64,000 bases of DNA from Candidatus Adlerbacteria bacterium (GCA_037135035.1 JBAXLB010000003.1:3548-67547); one strand, 5' to 3'. Counted from the stretch's first letter, positions 26,324-38,125 are shown. The notes: generated by a model from the letters alone, not told the origin. Translations and numbers: made by a program.

Positions 26324-26917
26324 CTACCTCGACTCTTGGTCGATGGCAGAGCAGATGATATCACGAAGCTTCTTGTTATTAAAGTAGAGGGTTAGGACAC
26401 CATACTTTGTTTTTCTTCTATAATTTCCAACTCCACGATGAGGAGTAATAATAGGTGCGTAAAATTGCTCTCTTTTTGCCTTTAAACTCTTGATCCAGAA
26501 TGTTAGTGCTTCTTCCCCGTTCATATCTCCAAATATCTGAAGTCCGAACTTTAACCTACGTATATCAATACTATAAAGTACCTCCAAAAATTGAATAAAT
26601 TTTCGTATAAGAAATGGGTCGCTATTGCCAAGTCGAACAGAATTTTTACTTCTTTTTGTCCCTTCTCCCCAATACAACCCGATACCAAGGCCATAGAGAA
26701 TGGCTGTAGAAATTGTTTTTGGTTTTTGAAATAAAAATGGATCGCCTTTTGGATTTCTTTTTTTATATATTGCGTCGCTAATACTCCGCTTTGGAATTTC
26801 ATACTTTGAAAGCCAGTAATCGATTTTTGTAGCGGAGCACTTTTCACGTTTCGCAATTTGAGCCGAAGAAAGTCCTTGTTTGCTGTATAAATCCACAAGC
26901 AGTTGTTTGGGAATCAT
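26324..26917 (-). CDS. LAGLIDADG-type homing endonuclease-like protein (single motif, AT-rich gene)
   Basis: ILYGLGIGLYWGEGTK (LAGLIDADG-like with acidic residue), N-terminal HTH-like segment; stop codon 1 nt from the tRNA 5' end. Confidence 0.55.
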   Translation of the reverse strand: MIPKQLLVDLYSKQGLSSAQIAKREKCSATKIDYWLSKYEIPKRSISDAIYKKRNPKGDPFLFQKPKTISTAILYGLGIGLYWGEGTKRSKNSVRLGNSDPFLIRKFIQFLEVLYSIDIRRLKFGLQIFGDMNGEEALTFWIKSLKAKREQFYAPIITPHRGVGNYRRKTKYGVLTLYFNNKKLRDIICSAIDQESR

Positions 26918-26974
26918 ATTTAAACTATAGCATAGGTCTACTTACTGCTAATAAATCACTCTTAAGCTTTCATT

Positions 26975-28267
26975 CTAAGTACTCGTAGGATGTTTTTGCC
27001 AATATGCCAAGCGCCAGGCAAACCGGAGCGGCGGAAAAAGAGAACCAAGGAATTTGAATGCGCCGTGTTCGTCTATCCACAATGCGTAGGCAACATAGTC
27101 GGGGTCGGCGCTTAACAATTTTTCTTCTGCAAGTGCACGGAGGGCATATATCCCGCACACGCACGCAAACAAAAAAGTAAGCCGCAGACTGTCGAAGACC
27201 GTCACGCCCGAAACAAACGGCAGCCATATCAGAAACCACACAGCACATTTAGTTGCATACACTGGGTGTTTACAAAATCGGTACGCACCGGTGGTAATAA
27301 TTCCGCGGTTGCTTATGTTGGACGAGCGTAGTCCAAACTGCGCTTCGGCCCACAAATGTATAAGTGCAAACAGGATAATAGCCCCGCCTACCGTTTCAAG
27401 CACTGCGGGCAGATGTTGCAGATGCTGCACCCATGGCTGGAACCACGCAGGACTTGCAGCCGCGGGGTTGTAGTTAAACCAATTTTTAAACACGACAACT
27501 TCAAACGGTGCGTAGCACGCGAGTGTGACGACCCACGCAAACCAGGTTGAACTGACTGCCTTTGTTTCGGTACCAATAAGCCGCGCGCCAAACAAGTAGC
27601 CGGGGGTTACCGCAGCAATAATGAGGGCGTATATCATAACCAGCACGTAGTACTCGGCCGCAGGCCACGACCCTTGCAACAGCGAAAGTTCGTGTCCGCG
27701 AAATACTCCCATAGCGCGCACCAGTTCGCAAAAATTTATCGGCAGGAAAAACCCGCGCAGCAACCACATGAGTAGGTTGTCACGCACAAGGTGCCAGTTG
27801 ACCTCTCGCGTACGGCCCAGCACAAAAAGCCCGAGCTGATAGCCGCCCTGCACTGACGGTCCCAGTAAATTGTCTGCAGCAAGAATAAATATCGCGCTCA
27901 ACAATGGCGCCGCGATAAGAATAAGTGGGAGTATGTCAAAAAAAGGCGCGTAGTATGCGTCCCGATATATTGCCAACGTCCCCCACAAAGCGCAGGTAAG
28001 GGCGAGGCCTGCAAGCGTGCCGAGCCACGTTGTCGCAGAGTGCGAAAATATTTTTGATAGCGGTTGCCTCCGTGCCACCACTGGCAACCGTACCCATTCG
28101 AACAGCGTCATGGCACTGGCGACAGCCACAACAATGGCTGCCGCAAGTACCAGGTTAGAAATGGCCGCACGCGAAAAAGCCCAGTATGCAACCAAGGTGG
28201 TTGCGCACAAAATAAACGGGTCAACCCATTTTGAAACAGAATACGGTAAACGTGCGAGAGGGCTCAT
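26975..28267 (-). CDS. polytopic membrane protein with C-terminal isoprenylcysteine carboxyl methyltransferase (ICMT/PEMT)-like domain
   Basis: about 10 TM; RGIITTGAYRFCKHPVYATKCAVWFL resembles the ICMT family motif. Confidence 0.55.
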   Translation of the reverse strand: MSPLARLPYSVSKWVDPFILCATTLVAYWAFSRAAISNLVLAAAIVVAVASAMTLFEWVRLPVVARRQPLSKIFSHSATTWLGTLAGLALTCALWGTLAIYRDAYYAPFFDILPLILIAAPLLSAIFILAADNLLGPSVQGGYQLGLFVLGRTREVNWHLVRDNLLMWLLRGFFLPINFCELVRAMGVFRGHELSLLQGSWPAAEYYVLVMIYALIIAAVTPGYLFGARLIGTETKAVSSTWFAWVVTLACYAPFEVVVFKNWFNYNPAAASPAWFQPWVQHLQHLPAVLETVGGAIILFALIHLWAEAQFGLRSSNISNRGIITTGAYRFCKHPVYATKCAVWFLIWLPFVSGVTVFDSLRLTFLFACVCGIYALRALAEEKLLSADPDYVAYALWIDEHGAFKFLGSLFPPLRFAWRLAYWQKHPTST

Positions 28268-28300
28268 GTGTACCTACCATTGTACACACCAAATATGATG

Positions 28301-28375
28301 CGCGGCCAACCGGACTCGAACCGGCAACCTCTTCCGTGACAGGGAAGCGCTCTAACCAAATTGAGCTATGGCCGC
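28301..28375 (-). tRNA. tRNA-Asp (anticodon GTC)
   Basis: GCGGCCA acceptor, anticodon arm CTTCC-CTGTCAC-GGAAG, T-loop TTCGAGT. Confidence 0.85.
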
Positions 28376-28439
28376 AAATGAGGAACATCGCCTACAGTAG
28401 CGCACTTGGCGGTTATTTTCAAATTACTAGTGGACTGGC

Positions 28440-28568
28440 TTTCGGTCAAATTCTGCCGTCGCAGAATTCGCCTGCAGCCCCGGCTCGCGGTTTTGCAAGT
28501 GCAAAACATCGCTGTGCCGTGCAAGTCCTTACGCGCCATGCATTGGCATGGCGCTCCCTCACACTTTG
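28440..28568 (-). ncRNA. conserved structured RNA-like element, copy A (three hairpins), between tRNA-Met and tRNA-Asp
   Basis: core 28484-28512 is identical to copy B (55957-55985); the hairpin-2 stem differs from copy B but stays paired (gaattctgc-gacggc-agaattt versus aatgtgcgc-gacggc-gcatatt). Confidence 0.5.
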
Positions 28569-28642
28569 TGTCGATGGAAGGACTTGCACCTTCGACCTTG
28601 GCTTTATGAGTGCCATGCTCTAACTACCTGAGCTACACCGAC
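28569..28642 (-). tRNA. tRNA-Met (anticodon CAT; elongator or Ile2-type not resolved)
   Basis: GTCGGTG acceptor, loop CTCATAA, unusual T-loop TGCAAGT. Confidence 0.7.
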
Positions 28643-28712
28643 GTACAGACACGCTAGCATTTTATCTCCTTTGCTTCAACCACATATCCGGGGCCGGGTT
28701 TGGCTTGAGATC

Positions 28713-28742
28713 AGAAAACCCGGCCTTATGCCGGGTTTTCTA
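28713..28742 (-). terminator. terminator hairpin downstream of tRNA-fMet
   Basis: aaaacccggccttatgccgggtttt. Confidence 0.6.
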
Positions 28743-28747
28743 TATTT

Positions 28748-28821
28748 TGGTTGCGGGGCCGGGATTTGCACCCGGGTCCCAAGGTTATGAGCCTTGTGAG
28801 GTACTACTCCTCCACCCCGCT
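28748..28821 (-). tRNA. initiator tRNA-fMet (CAT), CCA encoded
   Basis: 1:72 mismatch, anticodon stem with G-C pairs, loop CTCATAA, 3' end GGCCCCGCAACCA as in bacterial initiator tRNA. Confidence 0.85.
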
Positions 28822-28875
28822 ATATGTAGTATTTTGCACTGCTACAGAGCCACGCGCCCGTATAAAAGCAGTCTA

Positions 28876-29451
28876 TCAAATATAGTCGAACTCTTCAAAC
28901 ACCCTTCTATATTGGTCTATTGTTGCACGCGCGTCACGTTCCGTAAGCGGAAAAGCTTCGCCCAAGTGCGCCAGTGCGTTGCGCATGCGGTGCGCCTCCC
29001 ATGCAATGTCCACGGTGGTAAATTGCAGCGGATTTGCCATTTTTAATTGGTCTCCTAATGTGGCGCCGCTGTAGCCTTTTTCGTTAAGCAACACCGACAG
29101 CATAATGTCGGCTTCCATAATGGCGCGGCGCCAGTCACTTTCGTTCGTAGAAGCGGCGAGCATCGACACTGCTTCCCAGCGTGGGTTTTTTGCTTCGTGC
29201 ACCACTTCATGCTCGTGCTCTGCATGGTCGTGTACTTCCATCGCATGGAACCCATGATGCTCCAACTCATGCAAACGAATGTTTACAAACACGAGAGTCA
29301 CAAGCATCACAAGTGCCAGACTTAAACCCACCACCGCAATAATACTAGCCGTACTTATCAGCTGGCTGTAGAGACTGTGTACGTCGACATGCGTGCCATG
29401 CACGAGTTCGTAGATGCGCGTAAATATAGCTGCAAAGTCGATAGTGAACAT
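28876..29451 (-). CDS. hypothetical membrane protein with His/Glu-rich segment
   Basis: 191 aa; central TM; HELEHHGFHAMEVHDHAEHEHEVVHE. Confidence 0.4.
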   Translation of the reverse strand: MFTIDFAAIFTRIYELVHGTHVDVHSLYSQLISTASIIAVVGLSLALVMLVTLVFVNIRLHELEHHGFHAMEVHDHAEHEHEVVHEAKNPRWEAVSMLAASTNESDWRRAIMEADIMLSVLLNEKGYSGATLGDQLKMANPLQFTTVDIAWEAHRMRNALAHLGEAFPLTERDARATIDQYRRVFEEFDYI

Positions 29452-29474
29452 AGATTACCTTCCTATTGTACGCC

Positions 29475-30899
29475 CTATTTTTCTTCGCCTGCTACATTCT
29501 TCCCCACCCGAAACAAAGTTTCTTCATCTCCGTGCGCTGCAGTAAATTGTATGCCGACGGGAAGGCCATCGACTGTGCCCATGGGCACAGAAATTGCTGG
29601 GTTGCCGGTTAAGTTTGCAGTTACTGTAAAAATGTCGGCCAAATAGGCGGAAAGCGGGTCTGATTTTTCGCCTATTTTCCACGCTGGTGTCGGCATTGTT
29701 GGCGTTGCAATAACATCTACGTCTTTAAAGGCCTCTTCAAATTCTTTTCGTAGTTGCTCGCGTGCAGCCACAGCCTTTCCGTAATATGCGTCGTAGTACC
29801 CAGCTGAAAGCACATATGTTCCTAAAATAATTCTACGCCTGGTTTCTGCACCGAACCCTTCCCCTCTGCTTTTTGCATAGTCGTCAAAAAGCGACTCACC
29901 TTGGAGCGAAAGACCGTAGCGGACGCCGTCGAAACGAGAAAGATTGGACGACACTTCAGCAAAGTTAGTGATGTAGTACGCCGCAAGTGCGGGCTGCATT
30001 GAAGGGATAGAAATATCAACAAGTTCATATCCCTGTTTTTCCAACTGTGCAAGGGAATCTTTAAAAACTTTTTCTACCTCTGCAGAGACACCTGCAGTAA
30101 CCGCGCTTGCAAAAACTCCTATCCTTTTTATTTCTTTATTTCTTTTTAGATATAGATCTTCATCAATAGAAGTTGCATCGAGAATATCTTTGCCGCGAAT
30201 CGTATTAAAAATAAGTTCCGCATCTTCGACTGTTTTGGTTATTGGGCCTGCCTGGTCAAACGACGACACAGCAGCAATCAACCCCGAGCGTGACACTGCA
30301 CCATACGTTGGCTTGAGCCCGACCACGCCGCAAAAACTTGCTGGGTTACGCACCGAACCGCCTGTGTCGGTACCAAGCGCACCCAATGCCATATGCGCCG
30401 CCACTGCTGCGGCTGAGCCCCCTGATGTGCCACCTGCTACACGCGTAGGGTCATGCGGGTTTTTAGTTGGCCCAAATGCCGAATTTTCTGTCGAGCCACC
30501 GAGTGCAAATTCGTCCATGTTGGTGCGGCCTAAAAACACGGCACCCGCACTTTTCAGTTTTTGTATAACTGTCGCGTCGTACGTTGCAACATAATTTTCG
30601 AGCATCTTACTTGCAGCAGAAACTTTTTTGCCTGTAATTAAAATATTGTCTTTAATAGCAAGCGGAATACCGAGCAACGGATGAGACTCCCCCGCGCGTC
30701 GACGCGCATCAGCCGCTTCTGCTTGAGCAATAACATCATCAAACACTTCCAAGTACGCATTAAGTCGGTCCACAACTCCCGCAGGTTTGTCTCGTTCAAT
30801 TTCTGCCAGACATGCACGCGCTAAATCAACCGCAGTAATTTCTCCTGCATGCAGTTTTTTACTAGCCTCTGTTATTGAAAGTTCGTTTAATTTAGTCAT
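29475..30899 (-). CDS. gatA: Glu-tRNA(Gln)/Asp-tRNA(Asn) amidotransferase subunit A
   Basis: amidase signature GGSSGGSAAAVAA, catalytic Ser-cisSer-Lys; start taken at MTKLNELS, which overlaps the gatC stop. Confidence 0.9.
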   Translation of the reverse strand: MTKLNELSITEASKKLHAGEITAVDLARACLAEIERDKPAGVVDRLNAYLEVFDDVIAQAEAADARRRAGESHPLLGIPLAIKDNILITGKKVSAASKMLENYVATYDATVIQKLKSAGAVFLGRTNMDEFALGGSTENSAFGPTKNPHDPTRVAGGTSGGSAAAVAAHMALGALGTDTGGSVRNPASFCGVVGLKPTYGAVSRSGLIAAVSSFDQAGPITKTVEDAELIFNTIRGKDILDATSIDEDLYLKRNKEIKRIGVFASAVTAGVSAEVEKVFKDSLAQLEKQGYELVDISIPSMQPALAAYYITNFAEVSSNLSRFDGVRYGLSLQGESLFDDYAKSRGEGFGAETRRRIILGTYVLSAGYYDAYYGKAVAAREQLRKEFEEAFKDVDVIATPTMPTPAWKIGEKSDPLSAYLADIFTVTANLTGNPAISVPMGTVDGLPVGIQFTAAHGDEETLFRVGKNVAGEEK

Positions 30900-31194
30900 T
30901 TTTATGTAAAATTTTGCGTACCACTGCGTAGTCGCCTTCACGCTTAGGCAATGCTTCCAGCACCGCATCACGCGAGGCAAGCAGCAGATTTTCTTTTGCA
31001 TAGGGAATATCCTCCCGCATCACGTTGTGGTTGAGGCCCGCTTCCTTTTTGCCGCTTTCGCCTTCAAACGCGTTAATGTGCCCGACATAGTCGAGAATAC
31101 TTGAAATGTCCTTTTGCAAGGCGACTGTCTCCTCCTCCCCCAACTTGAGCCTCGAGAGCTCCGCGAGCTTTTCTATCTCTTCTTTTGAAATCAC
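30892..31194 (-). CDS. gatC: amidotransferase subunit C
   Basis: 100 aa; typical GatC N-terminus (EIEKLAELSRLKL). Confidence 0.8.
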   Translation of the reverse strand: MISKEEIEKLAELSRLKLGEEETVALQKDISSILDYVGHINAFEGESGKKEAGLNHNVMREDIPYAKENLLLASRDAVLEALPKREGDYAVVRKILHKND

Positions 31195-31269
31195 TCCCCA
31201 ATACTACACTGCCCTCCCAAAAGAAAAAACCCCGCACCTTGAGCGGTGAGGAGTTGAAGAAACGGGAAC

Positions 31270-31749
31270 CTACAGAGGAAGCCCTGCTAACCAGCTTCCT
31301 TCGGGGAAGGTATCCGACGCATTGCGCTGCAAGTTGACCCACCGGCCACCGCCCTCGACGCTGTAGAAGCCCAGGGTTGCATAGGCCTCAACATTCAGTG
31401 GATGCTGCTCCCTTGGCATACCTCCTGCCAGCTTCCAATGTGTGGCATGGGGATGAATGTCGGCAAAGTCTGGGTTGGCTGCGTTGAACGCACAAAGCGA
31501 ATACGGATCAACCGCTTTGAGACGGCGCCCTTTGTACAGCGCAGCCGCCTCATCGTCACGGACCCATTCACCTGTGACTGGAAAGAAGTAAATATTCACC
31601 AAGCTGCCTTCGCCTCGTGGCATAGAAGAAAGCAGGTCTGTGTTAACGTATTGCTCGCGGCACGTTGCGATGAGTATTTCTTCTGGTGTGGGTAGGCGAT
31701 TTACCTTGACTCTGGCGATGATCATATCGCCTTTACGCTTGAGTTCCAT
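31270..31749 (-). CDS. hypothetical protein (GC-elevated)
   Basis: 159-aa ORF, about 55-58% GC; no motif recognised. Confidence 0.4.
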   Translation of the reverse strand: MELKRKGDMIIARVKVNRLPTPEEILIATCREQYVNTDLLSSMPRGEGSLVNIYFFPVTGEWVRDDEAAALYKGRRLKAVDPYSLCAFNAANPDFADIHPHATHWKLAGGMPREQHPLNVEAYATLGFYSVEGGGRWVNLQRNASDTFPEGSWLAGLPL

Positions 31750-31810
31750 GGCAGTATCTCCTCGTGCAAAAAATGTGGAACTAACCTAATTGATTTTTAC
31801 TACTTTTCCG

Positions 31811-33826
<2,016 letters not shown>

Positions 33827-33840
33827 CTACACGGTTTCCT

Positions 33841-34377
33841 TTAATAGCTCACTTTCAACTCGCGTTCCAGCTGATTTTGCGCGTTTTTGGCACAGGTGTT
33901 GTACCCGTGCGAACGTATCGTGGTCGACACGATACCCAAATTGTTGACCACCTTCCCTACCTCTACGCGTGCGCAGTACGAGTATGACGGGAAGGTTAAT
34001 GTAAATGTAGTAGTCGCGGCAGTGTCGGTAGATCCAACATTCCAGGTACCCCACCCGCCAGGTTCTGGGCCAAACGGAGTCGGCGGAGTCCCTTTTGCAG
34101 CAATATCGTATGCACCACATACAACCCCTGAGGTTGGGTACGTCGAAGCGCTCGAAGTAGCAAACGCACTCCCAGCTCCAATAAATTTTGAGTCCCAGTA
34201 GAGCGCACATTCGGCACCGCTGTCGGCAGCGTAAATTGCGTACTGCGACTGTATCACCGTGGTTGCAAGGTCAAGCTGGCGCACGGTTATGTCGTAAATA
34301 GCAAGACCAATAGCGAGCGCCAAAGACGCAACCAGCGTTGCAAAAAATATAGTAAAGCCTTTGGAATTTTTTTTCAT
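33841..34377 (-). CDS. pilin-like secreted protein (non-canonical N-terminus KGFTIFF)
   Basis: lies in the pilin cluster; N-terminal hydrophobic helix but Phe at position +5 instead of Glu. Confidence 0.4.
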   Translation of the reverse strand: MKKNSKGFTIFFATLVASLALAIGLAIYDITVRQLDLATTVIQSQYAIYAADSGAECALYWDSKFIGAGSAFATSSASTYPTSGVVCGAYDIAAKGTPPTPFGPEPGGWGTWNVGSTDTAATTTFTLTFPSYSYCARVEVGKVVNNLGIVSTTIRSHGYNTCAKNAQNQLERELKVSY

Positions 34378-34383
34378 ATATAG

Positions 34384-34977
34384 TTACTGCCAGTTAAGCA
34401 AGTTTTCGCGCAGTACAACAGAACGCACAACTCCGCCAACGTCCTTCCACTGCACGAGGACGGTCAGTTCTGCTTCGCTGGTGTTGCCACCCTGTGAAGG
34501 CGTTTGAATACTTATGGTGCGCGAAAAAATAGTTTGCGTATTTCCAGCCGTGACATATGTGTAGTATTGATTGCCCTGGTCAAAGTAGAGTGGCATAGAC
34601 GCACACCCCGTAGTAACCAAGCCGCAGTTTGAAACGAGGTCTTGCAACGAGTCGACCACGCACGCATTGCCATTTGTACAGTTTGGCTGCGCGCCGCTGT
34701 TGCTTGTCGTGTGGCCATTGTTCCCACCGTCGAGCCCTGCCAGCCAGTCGCTGTTGTTTGAAAGCCTGTTTGTATCGCGGATAAACCGGACATACTCCAC
34801 AGCGTCTTGCGCTAAAAATGTTGCGGCCACTTGGTCTTTTGCGATGAGTGCCAAACTTAAACCTTTTGCAGCAATAGTAAGTGGCCCCGCAATTGCCGTT
34901 GTCAAAATAAGGATAGCGAGCAGAGTTTCAACAAGTGTAAACCCCGCCTGCCGGCGGGCAGGCCCTCGTGCACGCAT
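34384..34977 (-). CDS. type IV pilin-like protein (prepilin N-terminal methylation motif)
   Basis: GFTLVETLLAILIL. Confidence 0.7.
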   Translation of the reverse strand: MRARGPARRQAGFTLVETLLAILILTTAIAGPLTIAAKGLSLALIAKDQVAATFLAQDAVEYVRFIRDTNRLSNNSDWLAGLDGGNNGHTTSNSGAQPNCTNGNACVVDSLQDLVSNCGLVTTGCASMPLYFDQGNQYYTYVTAGNTQTIFSRTISIQTPSQGGNTSEAELTVLVQWKDVGGVVRSVVLRENLLNWQ

Positions 34978-34987
34978 ATGTGTTTTT

Positions 34988-35569
34988 TTACCTGTCATAA
35001 AAGCGTTGTGTTACGGACGTTTGAAAGTTAAATACTGATTTTTGCACACCCTTAACCACGACATAGCCAGAAATAAGCATGACAACGCGGGGCTGTATAT
35101 TGTCTGTGTTAAATGCACCGAGGCCAAAAAATTTAAGGGATTTCACAAAAATCTCTGGCGAGGTAATGCTTGCATACGACGCTCCTCCGTCCGTTGAGCG
35201 CAAAATACACCCGACATTGTTTGGGCAGCCAATAGTGCCAAACTGGTAGACCGTTTCGTTGCCAGTTGCTGCCAAAAACGCAAACTGTGTGGAACCGGCG
35301 CTGGTGCAGTCGAGCGTTGCCGTAAGTGTGCCTGCGCCGCAATGGTAATTTATGCCGGTGCGAATAGCGCGCGACATGCTGTCTATCGCCGAGTCAAAGT
35401 TGTTAGTTGCCGATGACAACAATTCTGCTCTGCGGTTCGCTTCCGAAAGCGAAAGGAGTGCACCAAGCGCAACAACCATCACCGTGCTAAATATAGCAAC
35501 CGACACGAGCATTTCTATAAGTGTAAAACCCCTCGGTCGTAGTCCTATGGGTGAGACTCGGTTGTTCAT
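34988..35569 (-). CDS. type IV pilin-like protein
   Basis: RGFTLIEMLVSVAIF. Confidence 0.75.
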   Translation of the reverse strand: MNNRVSPIGLRPRGFTLIEMLVSVAIFSTVMVVALGALLSLSEANRRAELLSSATNNFDSAIDSMSRAIRTGINYHCGAGTLTATLDCTSAGSTQFAFLAATGNETVYQFGTIGCPNNVGCILRSTDGGASYASITSPEIFVKSLKFFGLGAFNTDNIQPRVVMLISGYVVVKGVQKSVFNFQTSVTQRFYDR

Positions 35570-36225
35570 GGCAGTGTTCCTGGCGCTTGGACGCTTATTT
35601 GCCCGGGGGATGTTATCACAACGCTACGCGTAGTGCCGTCACCCGAGCGCACTTGAATATACCCACTGATATAGGACTCACCGTTAATGTCGGTTGTAAA
35701 AACCGCATCGGGGTTTGGACGTTTAAACAAAATGTTGAGCGACGTAATGGTGCGCATGCCCGAGGAGTCGTCTGCACCGGTGCAGCGGTTCGAGCCGCCC
35801 GAGAGTTTTGTACAGACTTCGCTTATGACGTAGCCGGTGTTTAGTGAAAATACTTTAACTGTTTCCTCTGTGGAGTCGTACACACCGTTGTTATTAAAGT
35901 CGGCAAACAAGACATAGGAAGAAGGTGTTGCAGCAGAAAAATAGAGTCCGTATGCAGATGCATAACTCACGGCGCCCGAATTATTACTGCCGAGCACGCT
36001 GGTACCGTACACCTGGGTTTGCCGCACCGAGAGTGCCACGCTGTACGCGAGGCTACGCAAAATAGTTGAGCTGTCGAACCGCGACTGCCGCAACAACAGC
36101 ACCATCGTAATGATGACAATAATTGCCGATACTACGAGCAATTCGATAAGTGTAAAACCGCGGCTCCTACCCAGCGCGAACTTGCTCTTACCAGAGGAGA
36201 AAATATGTTGAAAAAAGATCGACAT
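35566..36225 (-). CDS. type IV pilin-like protein
   Basis: [18 protein letters not shown]. Confidence 0.7.
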   Translation of the reverse strand: MSIFFQHIFSSGKSKFALGRSRGFTLIELLVVSAIIVIITMVLLLRQSRFDSSTILRSLAYSVALSVRQTQVYGTSVLGSNNSGAVSYASAYGLYFSAATPSSYVLFADFNNNGVYDSTEETVKVFSLNTGYVISEVCTKLSGGSNRCTGADDSSGMRTITSLNILFKRPNPDAVFTTDINGESYISGYIQVRSGDGTTRSVVITSPGQISVQAPGTLP

Positions 36226-36973
36226 GAAAGAAGTACACGAGCAGGGCCCCAAGCGCTAAGAACGGCGCAAAGGGAAGCTCACTTTGTATTGTAAACCCAC
36301 GCGAGCGGTATTTCCATGGAAGTTGTGCGACCAAAACAAGCCCGACACCAACGAAGGCGCCTGTCCAAACCGAAAGTGCGAGTGCACTCAGAGCTGGCAC
36401 GAGCCCGAGGAACCACCCGAGTGAAAGTTGGAAGACCCCGTCGCCCCACCCCATCCACCGACCACGAGAAAAAAATGACAATGCTAAAAGTGGCAGCGCC
36501 AAAAGTGGCCCCGAGAGAAGTGCGGCAAAAGATGGCATACCTGACAAAAAAAGAGACACGAGGGACAACCCTATAAGCAACAGCGAACAACTCCACGGAA
36601 TAACCGTATGACGTATGTCGTATATAACGATAAACAAAATAACCATCCACACAAAAAACCAAAATGCATACATAAGTGGTGTCTGCACCGTGCTAAAGAC
36701 CCCAAACGAAAGCATGGCAGCAGCAAGTTCAACCAGCGGATATTGCATTGAAATACGTGTACCACAATAGCGACACTTCCCGCCGAGAAAAAAATACGAA
36801 AGGAGTGGGATGAGGTCGAGTGCGCGGAGCACATGTCCACATCGCATACAACTTGAGCGTCCGTGTGCAATGCTTTTACCTGTGTTAAAGCGGAACGAAA
36901 GCGCATTTAAAAAACTACCGGCGATGAGCCCGAGACCTATACTCCAAAGCCCAAGGGCAGAAAGTTCGTACAT
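36188..36973 (-). CDS. pilD: prepilin peptidase (A24 family)
   Basis: N-terminal CxxC...CxxC zinc motif, polytopic, A24 peptidase architecture. Confidence 0.85.
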   Translation of the reverse strand: MYELSALGLWSIGLGLIAGSFLNALSFRFNTGKSIAHGRSSCMRCGHVLRALDLIPLLSYFFLGGKCRYCGTRISMQYPLVELAAAMLSFGVFSTVQTPLMYAFWFFVWMVILFIVIYDIRHTVIPWSCSLLLIGLSLVSLFLSGMPSFAALLSGPLLALPLLALSFFSRGRWMGWGDGVFQLSLGWFLGLVPALSALALSVWTGAFVGVGLVLVAQLPWKYRSRGFTIQSELPFAPFLALGALLVYFFHVDLFSTYFLLW

Positions 36974-37536
36974 TAGTTGGTGACGTCGTAACAGTTGTCG
37001 GCGCCACCAAAACCTGCCGTAGCACCCACACAGTCTGTTGCTACACCGTTAAAGTTGGCGTTGCTCGTTGCACATTTTTGAAACCCTGCCGGCGCCGCGG
37101 CCAGGTCTGCATCTTGCGTTATGGCATTGTTTGCTTCAAGCGCAGCACCAAGATGGTACTTGCTTGCAGGGACCGCGTAACAGTCGGCAGTGCCCCCCGT
37201 AACATTGAGCGCCGCATATGCATAACAACTCGCTTCCGAACCTATGTTGCAGACAACAGTGCCGTTTGGGTCATAGGGAATGTTCGGTAAATAATTTGGT
37301 ATAAGGGAACCCAGTACGGTCGGATATTTTAAATTGTCGTTGTAATATTCCTCGAGCGAAAGTTGGAGGTTTTTAATATCGGATATGCGTTTTGCGTCGC
37401 GGGTCTTTTTCCTTGCGCTCGCCAAGTTAACCATGACAATAGATGCCAAAATACCAATGATGGCAATGACGACGAGGAGCTCTATGAGAGTAAAACCCTC
37501 GGTTATAGCCCTATGGGTGAGACCTCTTTTTTTCAT
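36973..37536 (-). CDS. type IV pilin (major-pilin-like)
   Basis: [22 protein letters not shown]. Confidence 0.8.
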   Translation of the reverse strand: MKKRGLTHRAITEGFTLIELLVVIAIIGILASIVMVNLASARKKTRDAKRISDIKNLQLSLEEYYNDNLKYPTVLGSLIPNYLPNIPYDPNGTVVCNIGSEASCYAYAALNVTGGTADCYAVPASKYHLGAALEANNAITQDADLAAAPAGFQKCATSNANFNGVATDCVGATAGFGGADNCYDVTN

Positions 37537-38081
37537 TAGTTACAACCGGTCGTTACGGTACCACCACTGTTGCTGTTTATCATTACTTTTCCAGCAGGTA
37601 TCGCGCCCGACCCAACTTCCAAATATGAACAGATTTCGTAATTTTGAGTTGTCGGGTTTCCGGAAGAGCCGTCTTGTTTAGCAATGAGGTAGTTACAAGC
37701 TGCGGTTGGGCTACTGGTGCATGGAGCACCTGACGATGTAACTGCAGGGTCAATGTAACTTGCAAAGCTTATAGGAGCAGGCCCTGTGCAGGCACTTGCC
37801 TTGTTGGTAGTTGAATTTGGTGTTGCCGAACTACCACCACCGGTGCAGCCAGTCAAAGGTAATGCTGGGTCGGTGTCGGCGACTGCAATTGCCTTACCCA
37901 TTTCTTGGAGTGATGCTACACGGGCTGCATCGCGCGCCTTCGTACGAGCACCCGTCAAAGACACGAGCACAATTGCGGCCAGAATGCCGATGATAGCGAT
38001 AACAACGAGGAGTTCGATAAGGGTAAAGCCTCGGGTGGACGTTTTTTTGAAAAATGTGTGCATAGGTACAGTATAGCGCAC
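37536..38081 (-). CDS. type IV pilin
   Basis: [22 protein letters not shown]. Confidence 0.8.
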   Translation of the reverse strand: MRYTVPMHTFFKKTSTRGFTLIELLVVIAIIGILAAIVLVSLTGARTKARDAARVASLQEMGKAIAVADTDPALPLTGCTGGGSSATPNSTTNKASACTGPAPISFASYIDPAVTSSGAPCTSSPTAACNYLIAKQDGSSGNPTTQNYEICSYLEVGSGAIPAGKVMINSNSGGTVTTGCN

Positions 38082-38125
38082 AGAGCTTCTATGCCTTTGT
38101 GCGGTGGGGATAAGCCTATATAGGC

